Source of the DNA: an uncultured Actinomycetes bacterium
GTDB taxonomy: Bacteria > Actinomycetota > Thermoleophilia > UBA2241
Assembly: GCA_963725665.1 (NCBI GenBank)
Contig: CAVRZA010000012.1
Coordinates: 1 to 15,491 of the forward strand
Length of the DNA: 15,491 bases
Direction: 5' to 3'
Each line of letters starts with the position of its first letter. Position 1 is the first letter of the stretch. The translations under genes and the position numbers were made by a program. Positions 1 to 8,011 of this stretch are shown in pieces. Under the pieces are notes generated by a model. That model was given only the letters and a program-made list of their open reading frames with translations, was not told the origin of the DNA and did no database searches.

Positions 1-669
1 TACCTCAAGCATCTGCGTTCGGCCAATATCCCCGGCGTGCTCGATGTGCAGTTGCACGAAGCCACGGGGAGCTACGGGCTCATGGTCATCCAGCTCAAGA
101 AGGCGCACCCGTCGCAGCCGTGGCAGGCGCTGCACTCGGCGGCAGCGCTCGATCCGACCATCGGGAAGATGATCGTGGCCGTCGACGACGACATCGACCC
201 CAACGATGCCGATGCCGTCAACTGGGCGATGGCCTTCCGCATGCGTCCTCATCTGGATGTGCACATCCTGACGGGCAAGGCCTCGATCCTCGACCCCTCG
301 TCGGCGCCGCCCGAGGCGCACGTCGACGAGCAGCGCTTCCCGTCGCCCGTGGGCACGTCCTGCATCCTCATCGACGCCACCCGCAAGTGGGACTACCCAC
401 CCACCTCGCTCCCGCGCAAGGAGTTCATGGACAAGGCGTTGAGGCGGTGGGAAGAGGAGGGGCTGCCGCCGTTGTCGCTCAAGAAGCCGTGGTTCGGCTA
501 CGAGCTGGGCTACTGGACCGACGAGGCGCGTGAGGAGGCCAAGGCGGCGGTCGAAGGCGGCTATCTGAGCACCGGCTCTCGACTGCGATCCACACGCGAG
601 CCGGTGCCCTCGTCGGGGTTCGCGGACACTGAGAGCACAGAGACAAGAAGGGGAGAGTTAGATGGTTGA
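1..669 (+). CDS. UbiD-family (prFMN-dependent) decarboxylase/carboxylase, C-terminal part; the 5' end lies outside the window
   Basis: The frame is open from base 1 (YLKHLRSANIPGVLDV...). UbiD C-terminal motifs are present: KMIVAVDDDIDP, VNWAMAFR, LDPS and ILIDATRK. The TGA at 667-669 overlaps the next gene's start. This is a family-level call with unknown substrate. Confidence 0.9.
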   Translation, partial: YLKHLRSANIPGVLDVQLHEATGSYGLMVIQLKKAHPSQPWQALHSAAALDPTIGKMIVAVDDDIDPNDADAVNWAMAFRMRPHLDVHILTGKASILDPSSAPPEAHVDEQRFPSPVGTSCILIDATRKWDYPPTSLPRKEFMDKALRRWEEEGLPPLSLKKPWFGYELGYWTDEAREEAKAAVEGGYLSTGSRLRSTREPVPSSGFADTESTETRRGELDG

Positions 670-1888
670 TCTGTCGGTCGATTTCGCGGGGCTCAAGCTC
701 AAGAACCCGTTCATCATCGCCTCATCAGAACTGACGAACAAACTGGACAAGATCAAGATCGCCGAGGAGAACGGGGCTTCGGCCGTCAGCACCAAGCTCA
801 CCTTCCTCAAGGTGCCGCTGTACGCTCGGCCCTACCACATCATCGAGAAAGGCGGCGCCTTCTACTCGCCTTCCGGTGAGCGCATGCAGGTGGAGGACAC
901 CCAGGAGCTCATCCAGCAGTGCAAGGAGCAGACCGACCTCAAGATGATCGCCAACATGATGGGACCGGGCGAGGATCTCGAGGGGTGGGCGAAGCTGGGG
1001 CGCATGCTGGAGGAAGCCGGAGCCGACATGCTGGAGCTCAACATGTCGTGCCCGAACCTGGGCCTGATGGCCAAGCAGATGGGTGTGGACGAGGAGCCCG
1101 AGCTGGGCGCCACGCTGGGCAAGGACCCCGTTCTCGCCGGCAAGGTCTGTCAAGCCGTGGTCGATGCCGTCGGCATCCCGGTGATGCCCAAGATGACCCC
1201 CGAGGCCAACACCATGATGGTGTCGAAGTCCGTGGAGAAGAACGGGGCGGCGGCCGTGTCGGCCATCAACTGCCCGCAGTCGCTGCCGCCGCTCGACATC
1301 AACAACGGCGGCAGGCCGTTCTACCCGTCCACGGGCAACCAGTCCTACGCCGGATTGTGCGGCCCCTGGATCCGGCCACTCGCCTACCGACACGTGGCCC
1401 AGATGCGCACCATCTGTCCCGACCTGCCCATAGCCGGTGGCGGCGGGCTCATGAACTGGCGGCACTCGGTGGAGATGCTGATGTACGGCGCCACCGTCCT
1501 GACCTACTGCTCGCTGCTCTACCTCAAGGGCTACAAGGAGTTCACGAAGATCGAGCCGGGCGTGCGTCGGTTCATGGACCAGCACGGCTACGAGACCCTG
1601 GCCCACATGCGCGGCCTCGCGCTCAAGTACATCGTCACGCCCGGCGACGTCGACTACATCCCGATGCTGCCCGAGATCGACCTGGAGAAGTGCAACGGCT
1701 GCGGGCTCTGCGCGGCCCCCGGACACTGCGAGTGCATCGAGATCGTCGACGGCAAGGCCGTCCTGGTGAACTCCACCGACTGCTACTCATGCGCCGTCTG
1801 CTACTTCCTGTGTGCGCGTGAAGCCATCCGCATGAAGGAGGCGCCGATCGAGCAGACGCGGGCCGGCGTGGCGGCTCTGCCGCGATGA
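662..1888 (+). CDS. PreA-like dihydropyrimidine/dihydroorotate dehydrogenase-family FMN enzyme with a C-terminal 2x[4Fe-4S] domain
   Basis: N-terminal DLSVDFAGLKLKNPFIIAS, catalytic loop ELNMSCPN, PKMTP, AINC, GLCGPWIRPLA and GGGG. Ferredoxin motifs CNGCGLC...C and CYSCAVCYFLC. Purine-rich RBS (ggggagag) before ATG 662. Confidence 0.88.
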   Translation: MVDLSVDFAGLKLKNPFIIASSELTNKLDKIKIAEENGASAVSTKLTFLKVPLYARPYHIIEKGGAFYSPSGERMQVEDTQELIQQCKEQTDLKMIANMMGPGEDLEGWAKLGRMLEEAGADMLELNMSCPNLGLMAKQMGVDEEPELGATLGKDPVLAGKVCQAVVDAVGIPVMPKMTPEANTMMVSKSVEKNGAAAVSAINCPQSLPPLDINNGGRPFYPSTGNQSYAGLCGPWIRPLAYRHVAQMRTICPDLPIAGGGGLMNWRHSVEMLMYGATVLTYCSLLYLKGYKEFTKIEPGVRRFMDQHGYETLAHMRGLALKYIVTPGDVDYIPMLPEIDLEKCNGCGLCAAPGHCECIEIVDGKAVLVNSTDCYSCAVCYFLCAREAIRMKEAPIEQTRAGVAALPR

Positions 1889-1904
1889 CCCGCCGGGGAG
1901 AGGG

Positions 1905-2813
1905 ATGGTGTCGATGAAGGACTTCGAATACCTCTGTCCGTCGTCGCTCGAGGAGGCGTGCGCCGCGCTTGCCGGCACGGACGGCGCCGGCGCGAGGGAC
2001 GGTCCGGTCAAGGCACTGGCGGGCGGCACCGATCTTCTCGTGCAGCTGAAGCTGGGGAGCCTGCAGCCGCGGGCGCTGATCAGCCTCAAGAATGTGCCCG
2101 GTCTCGCCTTCGTGCGCCTCGAGGACGACGGCGCACTCGTCATCGGCGCCGCCACCACCCTGGCGGCCGTCGAGAACTCGCCCGACGTGCAGCGCGCGTT
2201 CCCGGCCGTCGCCGAAGCGGCGGCCTGCATCGGATCGGTGCAGGTGCGCAACCGGGCGACCGTGGGTGGGAATCTGTGCAACGCGGCCCCGTCGGCCGAC
2301 ACGGCGCCTATCCTGATCGCCGCCGGCGCTGAGGCCATCATCACCGACGGCCGGGTCGAGCGCGCGGTACCGGTGGAGGACTTCTTCACCGGACCGGGCG
2401 AGACCGTTATCAGGCGGGGAGAGCTGCTCAAGGCCGTGCGCGTGCCGCCGGCACCCGTGGGCAGTTTCTCCAGGTACTTTAAGACCTTCCGCTCGGCCAT
2501 GGACTGCTGCACCGTCGGGGTGGCCATCTTTGCCGTCTTCGATCTGGAGTCGATGATCGTCGGCGATGCCCGGCTGGCTCTTGGAGCCGTGGCTCCCACT
2601 CCCATCCGCGCGCGCGCCGCCGAGAGGATGGTGATCGGGCAGAAGCTCGACGAAGGGTTGATCGAGCGCACCGCCGCGCGCGCCGCTGAGGAGGCCCTGC
2701 CGATCAGCGACGTGCGCGCCTCGGCGGCCTACCGCAAGACGCTCGTTGAAGTCCTGTCCAGGAGAGCCATGACGGCGGCGCGCGCCTGGGCAGAGAAGGG
2801 AGCATCGCGGTGA
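1905..2813 (+). CDS. Xanthine dehydrogenase-family FAD-binding subunit (CoxM/CutM-like)
   Basis: FEYLCPSSLEEA, ALAGGTDL, IGSVQVRNRATVGGNLCNAAPSAD, LGAVAPTP and PISDVRASAAYR. RBS ggagaggg. The start could alternatively be ATG 1914. Confidence 0.95.
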   Translation: MVSMKDFEYLCPSSLEEACAALAGTDGAGARDGPVKALAGGTDLLVQLKLGSLQPRALISLKNVPGLAFVRLEDDGALVIGAATTLAAVENSPDVQRAFPAVAEAAACIGSVQVRNRATVGGNLCNAAPSADTAPILIAAGAEAIITDGRVERAVPVEDFFTGPGETVIRRGELLKAVRVPPAPVGSFSRYFKTFRSAMDCCTVGVAIFAVFDLESMIVGDARLALGAVAPTPIRARAAERMVIGQKLDEGLIERTAARAAEEALPISDVRASAAYRKTLVEVLSRRAMTAARAWAEKGASR

Positions 2814-3304
2814 AGCAGGAGTTGCACATCACGGTGAACGGCGATGAGTATCACCTGCTGGTCGATACGCACCGCACGCTCCTCGAGGTCATCCGCGACC
2901 AGATCGGGCTGACCGGCACGAAGAACGGCTGCGGTGCCGGCGAGTGCGGCGCCTGCACGGTGCTGGTCGAAGGCCGGCCGGTCAACTCCTGCCTCATGCT
3001 GGCCGTCGAGGCCGAAGGCCAGGAGGTGCTCACCATCGAAGGCCTGGCCAAGGGAGACGTGCTGCATCCGATCCAGAAGGCGTTCGTCGAGTGCGGCGCC
3101 ATCCAGTGCGGCTACTGCACGCCCGGCATGGTCCTGACGACCAAGGCCCTGCTCGACCGCACCCCCGACCCGACACGAGAGGAGATTCTCCAGGGCTTGC
3201 GAGGCAACCTCTGCCGGTGCACGGGCTACGTGAAGATCGTCGACGCGGTCAATGCCGCGAAGGCCCTGCTTGCGGAGGTGGAGTCCACATGGACGCGCGC
3301 GTAG
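2810..3304 (+). CDS. Xanthine dehydrogenase-family 2x[2Fe-2S] subunit (CoxS/CutS-like)
   Basis: GTKNGCGAGECGACTV, NSCL, QCGYCTPG and GNLCRCTGY. The GTG start overlaps the upstream TGA (GTGA). Confidence 0.96.
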   Translation: MKQELHITVNGDEYHLLVDTHRTLLEVIRDQIGLTGTKNGCGAGECGACTVLVEGRPVNSCLMLAVEAEGQEVLTIEGLAKGDVLHPIQKAFVECGAIQCGYCTPGMVLTTKALLDRTPDPTREEILQGLRGNLCRCTGYVKIVDAVNAAKALLAEVESTWTRA

Positions 3305-5664
3305 CCGACCGACACAGGCCCGTCTCTGTGAGCGACACCGTCATCGACCGAGAGACGCCGGTCATCGAGCGCGACACGGTCGTGCACGGGGAGACCCGCG
3401 TCATCGGCAAGGGGGTCCCTCGCATCGACGCCATCCCGAAGGTGTCCGGCGAGGCCGAGTACACCGTCGACCGCAAGATGCCGGGCATGCTCATCGGCAA
3501 GATCCTGCGCAGCCCGCATCCGCACGCCGTGATCAAGGCGATCGATACCTCGGCCGCCAAACGGCTCAAGGGCGTGCGCGCGGTCATCACCGCCGGCGAC
3601 GTGCCGGGCAACCTGTTCAGCTTCTTTCAGTGGCTCGCCGACAAGAACATCCTCTGCGTCGACAAGGTCCGCTACGTCGGTGACGAGGTCGCTGCCGTGG
3701 CCGCCGTCGACGAGGACACAGCAGAAGAGGCCCTCGAGCTGATCAAAGTCGAGTACGAGCCGCTGCCCGCCGTGCTCAGCATCGAGGAAGCGCTGCGGCC
3801 GGGGGCGTCTTTGGTGCACGACGACAAGGAGAGCAACGCTACCTGGCGCGTCGAGCGTCTCTTCGGCGACCCCGACGCCGCCCTCGCCGAGTGCGACTAC
3901 GTGGTCGAAGGCACCTACGTCACACGCCAGGTGGCGCACGCCTGTCTCGAGGTCTCCAACTGCATCGCGCAGTGGGACAAGAAGGATCGCCTCACGATCT
4001 GGACTACCACCCAGGCGCCCCACACGCAGAAGCAGGAGGTGGCCCGCGTCCTGGGCATCCCGCAGCGCAACGTACGCATCATCAACTCGTACATGGGCGG
4101 CGGCTTCGGGTCGAGGCTGGTGATGGACATGAAGCTCCCCATCGCTGCCGTTCTGTCGCGCATCACGGGGCGCCCGGTGCGCATCGTCAACACGCGCAGC
4201 GAGGAGTTCACGACCGCCAAGGCCCGCTACCCGTACACCATGCACTTGAAGACCGGCGCCACGAAGGACGGCAGGATCCTGGTGCGCGACCTGAAGCTGA
4301 TCGGCGACGCCGGCGCCTACCACGACAAGGGGCCCGCTACGGTGAACTTCTCGAGCATGATGTTCGGCACGCTCTACAACGTCCCCAACATCCGCTTCGA
4401 GGGGCAGCTCGTCTACACCAACAAGGAGATGGGCACGGCGTTCCGGGGCTTCGGCAACCCGCAGGTGACGTTCGCCACCGAGTCGCAGATCGACGAGCTG
4501 GCCGAGAAGATGGGCATTGATCCGCTCGAGCTGCGCCTCAGAAACGCCAACCGGCCCATGGAGACCACCTTCTGCGGCGCCGAGGTCGATGGCTGCGGCA
4601 TGACCGATTGCATGCATGCCGCCGCCGAAGCCATCGAGTGGGAGCGCAAGAGGAGCGAGAAGAGGCCGCTGCGCGGGGTCGGACTCGCCAACATGGTCCA
4701 CACCGGCGGCGGCGGCCGCTTCTACGGCTACAACTCGGCCGAGGCGTTCGTCAAGCTGTCAGACGAGGGCACCGTGACGCTGATCACGTCGGCCCTCGAC
4801 ATGGGTCAGGGCGCCCACACCGCCATGGCGCAGATCGCCGCCGAGGAGCTCGGCGTGCGCATGAGCGACATCAACGTCCTCTCCAACGATACCGACCTCA
4901 CCCCCTACGACCTGGGCTCCTGGGGGAGCCGGGCCAGCTTCATGAACGGCAATGCCGTGCTGGCCGCCGCGCGTGACGCCAAGAAGGTGCTCGTCGCCGC
5001 CGCGGCAGAGATGCTGGAGGCCGACCCCGACCACATCGTCATCGAGGACAGCCGCGTCTGGGTCCAGGGCTCCGAGGAGAGGCACGAACTGGCCGAGATC
5101 GTCGATCACGCCGTCAACCAGCACGGATCGACGATCTCGGGCACCGGCCGCTTCGTCGACAGGCTGCCCGAGGGCTACACGATCCCCACCGCGTTCGCCA
5201 AGAACATCCCCTGCTTCTCGTTCGGCACGCAGGCCGTCGAGGTCGAGATCGACGACGAGACGGGGCAAGTAAGGGTGCTGAAGGTGGCCGCCGCGCACGA
5301 GACCGGCACGACCATCAACCAGACCATGGCCGAGGGTCAGATCGAGGGCGCCGTCGCGCAGGGGATCGGCTTCGCCCTGATGGAGGAGCTCGTTCACGAG
5401 AACGGCCGGGTGGTGAACGACCGCTTCCTCGACTACAAGATCCCCAACATCGGCGACATGCCCGAGGTCGTGGCGATCTGCGTCGAGAGCGTGGGCACCG
5501 ACGGGCCGTTCGGCGCCAAGGGCATCGGCGAGCCCGGTCTGGTGCCCACGGCCCCGGCCATCGCCAATGCCGTGTTCGACGCCATCGGCGTGCGCTTCCA
5601 CGAGCTCCCCATCACCCGGGAGAAGGTCCTCGAAGCGCTCGGGGAACGGCGCGAGGCGACCTAG
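3289..5664 (+). CDS. Xanthine dehydrogenase-family molybdopterin-binding large subunit (about 791 aa)
   Basis: The likely start is ATG 3289 after ggaggtggag, not the ORF-track start at 2944, which overlaps the 2Fe-2S gene. Motifs: ILRSPHPHA, DKVRYVGDEVAAVAA, TTQAPH, MGGGFGSR, AFRGFGNPQ, DMGQG, EGQIEGA, DYKIP and GPFGAKGIGEP (catalytic Glu). Confidence 0.95.
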   Translation: MDARVADRHRPVSVSDTVIDRETPVIERDTVVHGETRVIGKGVPRIDAIPKVSGEAEYTVDRKMPGMLIGKILRSPHPHAVIKAIDTSAAKRLKGVRAVITAGDVPGNLFSFFQWLADKNILCVDKVRYVGDEVAAVAAVDEDTAEEALELIKVEYEPLPAVLSIEEALRPGASLVHDDKESNATWRVERLFGDPDAALAECDYVVEGTYVTRQVAHACLEVSNCIAQWDKKDRLTIWTTTQAPHTQKQEVARVLGIPQRNVRIINSYMGGGFGSRLVMDMKLPIAAVLSRITGRPVRIVNTRSEEFTTAKARYPYTMHLKTGATKDGRILVRDLKLIGDAGAYHDKGPATVNFSSMMFGTLYNVPNIRFEGQLVYTNKEMGTAFRGFGNPQVTFATESQIDELAEKMGIDPLELRLRNANRPMETTFCGAEVDGCGMTDCMHAAAEAIEWERKRSEKRPLRGVGLANMVHTGGGGRFYGYNSAEAFVKLSDEGTVTLITSALDMGQGAHTAMAQIAAEELGVRMSDINVLSNDTDLTPYDLGSWGSRASFMNGNAVLAAARDAKKVLVAAAAEMLEADPDHIVIEDSRVWVQGSEERHELAEIVDHAVNQHGSTISGTGRFVDRLPEGYTIPTAFAKNIPCFSFGTQAVEVEIDDETGQVRVLKVAAAHETGTTINQTMAEGQIEGAVAQGIGFALMEELVHENGRVVNDRFLDYKIPNIGDMPEVVAICVESVGTDGPFGAKGIGEPGLVPTAPAIANAVFDAIGVRFHELPITREKVLEALGERREAT
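3334..3411 (+). repeat. Imperfect 39-nt tandem duplication in the N-terminal extension of the Mo subunit
   Basis: gacaccgtcatcgaccgagagacgccggtcatcgagcgc and gacacggtcgtgcacggggagacccgcgtcatcggcaag, translating to DTVIDRETPVIER and DTVVHGETRVIGK. Confidence 0.6.
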
Positions 5665-5727
5665 CCGCGCGGGGGGATGCGCCCGACATGGCCGCGCCCG
5701 GGGATGCGATCGACATGGCCGTGCGCG
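5657..5727 (+). repeat. 27-nt imperfect tandem repeat (about 2.6 copies) across the Mo-subunit stop and yqeC start
   Basis: cgacctagccgcgcggggggatgcgcc, cgacatggccgcgcccggggatgcgat and cgacatggccgtgcgcg. Confidence 0.7.
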
Positions 5728-6551
5728 CCCACGCCGTCGAGTCGCTCACCGTCGCCCTCGGTCTCGGGGATCGGGAGCTGGTGGCGCTGGTCGGCGGCGG
5801 AGGCAAGACCAGCGCCCTGCGTTTGCTCGCCGGAGAGCTCGCGGCGAGCGGAGCGCGCGTCGGCGTGACCACGACGACGGCCATGTTCCTGCGGGACATG
5901 GCCGCCGTCGGGCCGGTGGTCATGAGCGCGGGCGGCGGGGTCCTTGTCGACGGAGTGAGGAAAGCTTTGGCGAAGGGACAGACGGTCGCGGTAGCGCGCT
6001 CCGCGGTCGAAGGCGGCAAGGTCGCGGGTCTGTCTCCGGCTGCCGTCGACGAGCTGTGGGAGGAGGGCATGGTCGACTACCTCATCGTCGAGGCCGACGG
6101 CAGCCGGGGCAAGTCGTTGAAGGCGTTCGGCCCTCACGAGCCTCAGGTGCCGGACGCGAGCACGACGATCGTCCAGGTCGCCGGCCTGGACGCGATCGGG
6201 GCTCCGCTCAGCGACGCCTGCGTGCACAGGGCGGAGACGCTGGCGACAGTGCTGGCCGTGCCGATGGGCTCCGAGCTGACCACGCGCGTCTTCGCTGACG
6301 CGATGCGGGCGCAGGTGCGGCGTCTGCGGCGAGCCCAGAGGCCGTGCCGTATCGTCGTCTTGCTGAACAAGGCCGACGGACCGGACCAGCAGGCCTCTGG
6401 GCTGGCGGTGGCACGGGAGCTGCTTGCCGATGCTCGCGGCTCAGACTGTGCGCCAGGTGTACGCGCCGACAGGCGTCCCGACTCCGTGGTCGTGGCGAGT
6501 CTTGGGGAGCGGCGGTTCGCCTGGGTGTCGTCGACCGAGGTGTGTGCGTAG
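5688..6551 (+). CDS. yqeC: Selenium-dependent molybdenum hydroxylase accessory protein YqeC
   Basis: P-loop-like LVGGGGKTS, VTTTT, and the YqeC-type DYLIVEADGSRGKSLKA...HEPQVP and GLDAIG. Context next to mocA, xdhC and yqeB. The start is ATG 5688 or ATG 5715, duplicated by a tandem repeat. Confidence 0.88.
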   Translation: MAAPGDAIDMAVRAHAVESLTVALGLGDRELVALVGGGGKTSALRLLAGELAASGARVGVTTTTAMFLRDMAAVGPVVMSAGGGVLVDGVRKALAKGQTVAVARSAVEGGKVAGLSPAAVDELWEEGMVDYLIVEADGSRGKSLKAFGPHEPQVPDASTTIVQVAGLDAIGAPLSDACVHRAETLATVLAVPMGSELTTRVFADAMRAQVRRLRRAQRPCRIVVLLNKADGPDQQASGLAVARELLADARGSDCAPGVRADRRPDSVVVASLGERRFAWVSSTEVCA

Positions 6552-7172
6552 GTGGTCGCCGAGGATGAACGGAGAGGCGCCGAGGTCTCCGTCGCGGCCA
6601 TCGTGCTGGCGGCCGGGCGGGCCACCCGCATGGGGGGACAGAAGCTGCTGCTGTCGCTCGGGGGACGGCCGCTTGTGCAGTGGGCCGTCGACGCCGCCCT
6701 GGGCTCGAAGGCCAGCGGCACGGTCGTCGTGGTCGGCCACGAGGCGCCGCGGGTCGCCGAGGTCCTTGCGGGCTGGCCGGTGACGGTTGTCGTAAACTCG
6801 CACTACGAGCAGGGATTGAGTACTTCGCTCCAGGCAGGGGTGAGGGCGACCGGCGGGGCGTGCGACGCGGCGATCTTCGTGCTCGGCGACCAGCCGTTCG
6901 TGACCTCGGCCGTGCTGGACCGCCTGATCGAGCGGTTCGCGGAGACCGGGAAGGCGGTCGTCCGGCCCCTGGTGGCCGGCCGGCCGGCCAATCCGGTGCT
7001 GATGAGCGCGGAGCTGTTCCCGGAGATCCTCGGGCAGCACGGAGACCTCGGCGGCCGTGAGATCATCGCAAGGCACCCCGGCGAGATCTGCCTGGTCGCG
7101 GTGGACGACCCGCGCGTGGGCATGGACATCGACTCGGTGGAAGACTACGAGGCGGCGAGGGAGAACGCATGA
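6552..7172 (+). CDS. mocA: Molybdenum cofactor cytidylyltransferase (MocA/YgfJ family)
   Basis: AIVLAAGRATRMGGQKLLL, N..YEQGLSTSL, LGDQP, GDLGGR and DID. It starts immediately after the yqeC stop and sits beside a xanthine-oxidase-family enzyme, which in bacteria commonly uses MCD. Confidence 0.88.
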   Translation: MVAEDERRGAEVSVAAIVLAAGRATRMGGQKLLLSLGGRPLVQWAVDAALGSKASGTVVVVGHEAPRVAEVLAGWPVTVVVNSHYEQGLSTSLQAGVRATGGACDAAIFVLGDQPFVTSAVLDRLIERFAETGKAVVRPLVAGRPANPVLMSAELFPEILGQHGDLGGREIIARHPGEICLVAVDDPRVGMDIDSVEDYEAARENA

Positions 7173-8011
7173 GGGCTGAGGGACTCTACGCGAAGGTGGC
7201 CGAGCTCACCCGGGAGGGGGCTCGCTTCGTGGTGGCCACCATCACCGACGTCGAGGGCTCCAGCCCCCGCGGCGTGGGCACCAAGATGCTGGTCCTGAGA
7301 GACGGTACGACCTTCGAGACCATCGGCGGCGGCGTGCTCGAGAAGCAGGTCGTCGCGGACGCCCTCGCCTGCTTGGCCGCGGGAGTCTCCCGCAGCGAGC
7401 GCTACGAGCTGCGGGAAGAAGGCGATCATGCGCTCGGCGGGCTGTGCGGCGGCGAAGCCACGGTCTTCTACGAGGTGCACGCGCCCGAGTGCACGCTCCT
7501 CATCGTGGGAGCGGGCCACGTAGGCCAGGCGTTGTGCCGGTTCGCGGCGCTGCTCGACTTCCGCGTGGTCGTCCTCGACTCTCGGGAGGACATGATCTCG
7601 CCCGAGCGCTTCCCGCAGGCGGATCAGCGCATCTGCGGCGACCCGGCGCGGACGCGCGAGCTGTTCGACATCGACGAGGACACCCACGTCGTCATCGTCA
7701 CCCACGGTCACGTGCACGACAAAGAGGCGCTGCGCTCGGTCGTCGACTCGCCGGCCGCCTACGTAGGCATGATCGGCAGCCGCAACAAGGTGCGCGCCGT
7801 CTTCGCCCAGCTTCGGGAGGAAGGCGTGAGCGCCGAGCTGCTCGACCACGTCCACTCACCCATCGGGCTCGACATTGGGGCCGAGACGCCGGCCGAGCTC
7901 GCTCTCTGCATCATGGCCGAGATCGTGGCCGCCCGGTACGGCAAGCTGGCGCCGCGCACGTCCGCCTCGGCCGCCGGGCGGGCGGCAGCCGAGGAGGTCC
8001 CCCCGGAGTGA
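7169..8011 (+). CDS. xdhC: XdhC/CoxI-family molybdenum cofactor insertion chaperone
   Basis: GSSPRGVGTKM, TIGGGVLE, GGLCGG, IVGAGHVG, VTHGH..D, YVGMIGSRNK and PIGLDIGAETPAELALCIMAEI. ATGA overlap with mocA. The symbol is used in the Rhodobacter accessory-factor sense. Confidence 0.92.
   Translation: MRAEGLYAKVAELTREGARFVVATITDVEGSSPRGVGTKMLVLRDGTTFETIGGGVLEKQVVADALACLAAGVSRSERYELREEGDHALGGLCGGEATVFYEVHAPECTLLIVGAGHVGQALCRFAALLDFRVVVLDSREDMISPERFPQADQRICGDPARTRELFDIDEDTHVVIVTHGHVHDKEALRSVVDSPAAYVGMIGSRNKVRAVFAQLREEGVSAELLDHVHSPIGLDIGAETPAELALCIMAEIVAARYGKLAPRTSASAAGRAAAEEVPPE

Noticed and set aside
2944-3288. ORF-track N-terminal extension of the 906-aa ORF
   Set aside because: It is an Arg-rich off-frame read of the 2Fe-2S gene. 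Homology and the RBS point to ATG 3289.
1905-5664. Aerobic CO dehydrogenase (coxMSL gene order)
   Set aside because: The active-site loop is AFRGFG, not AYRCSFR (form I) or AYRGAGR (form II). The M-S-L order is common across the family.
1905-5664. Bona fide 4-hydroxybenzoyl-CoA reductase
   Set aside because: The FAD subunit lacks the [4Fe-4S] insertion diagnostic of HcrB, and the C-terminal motif is GAKGIGEP.
7444-8007. ORF-track N-terminal extension of the 508-aa ORF, or an XdhC-YqeB fusion
   Set aside because: It is an off-frame read of xdhC. xdhC has its own stop and yqeB has an RBS and GTG at 8008. E. coli YqeB is such a fusion, but here the GTGA coupling looks genuine.
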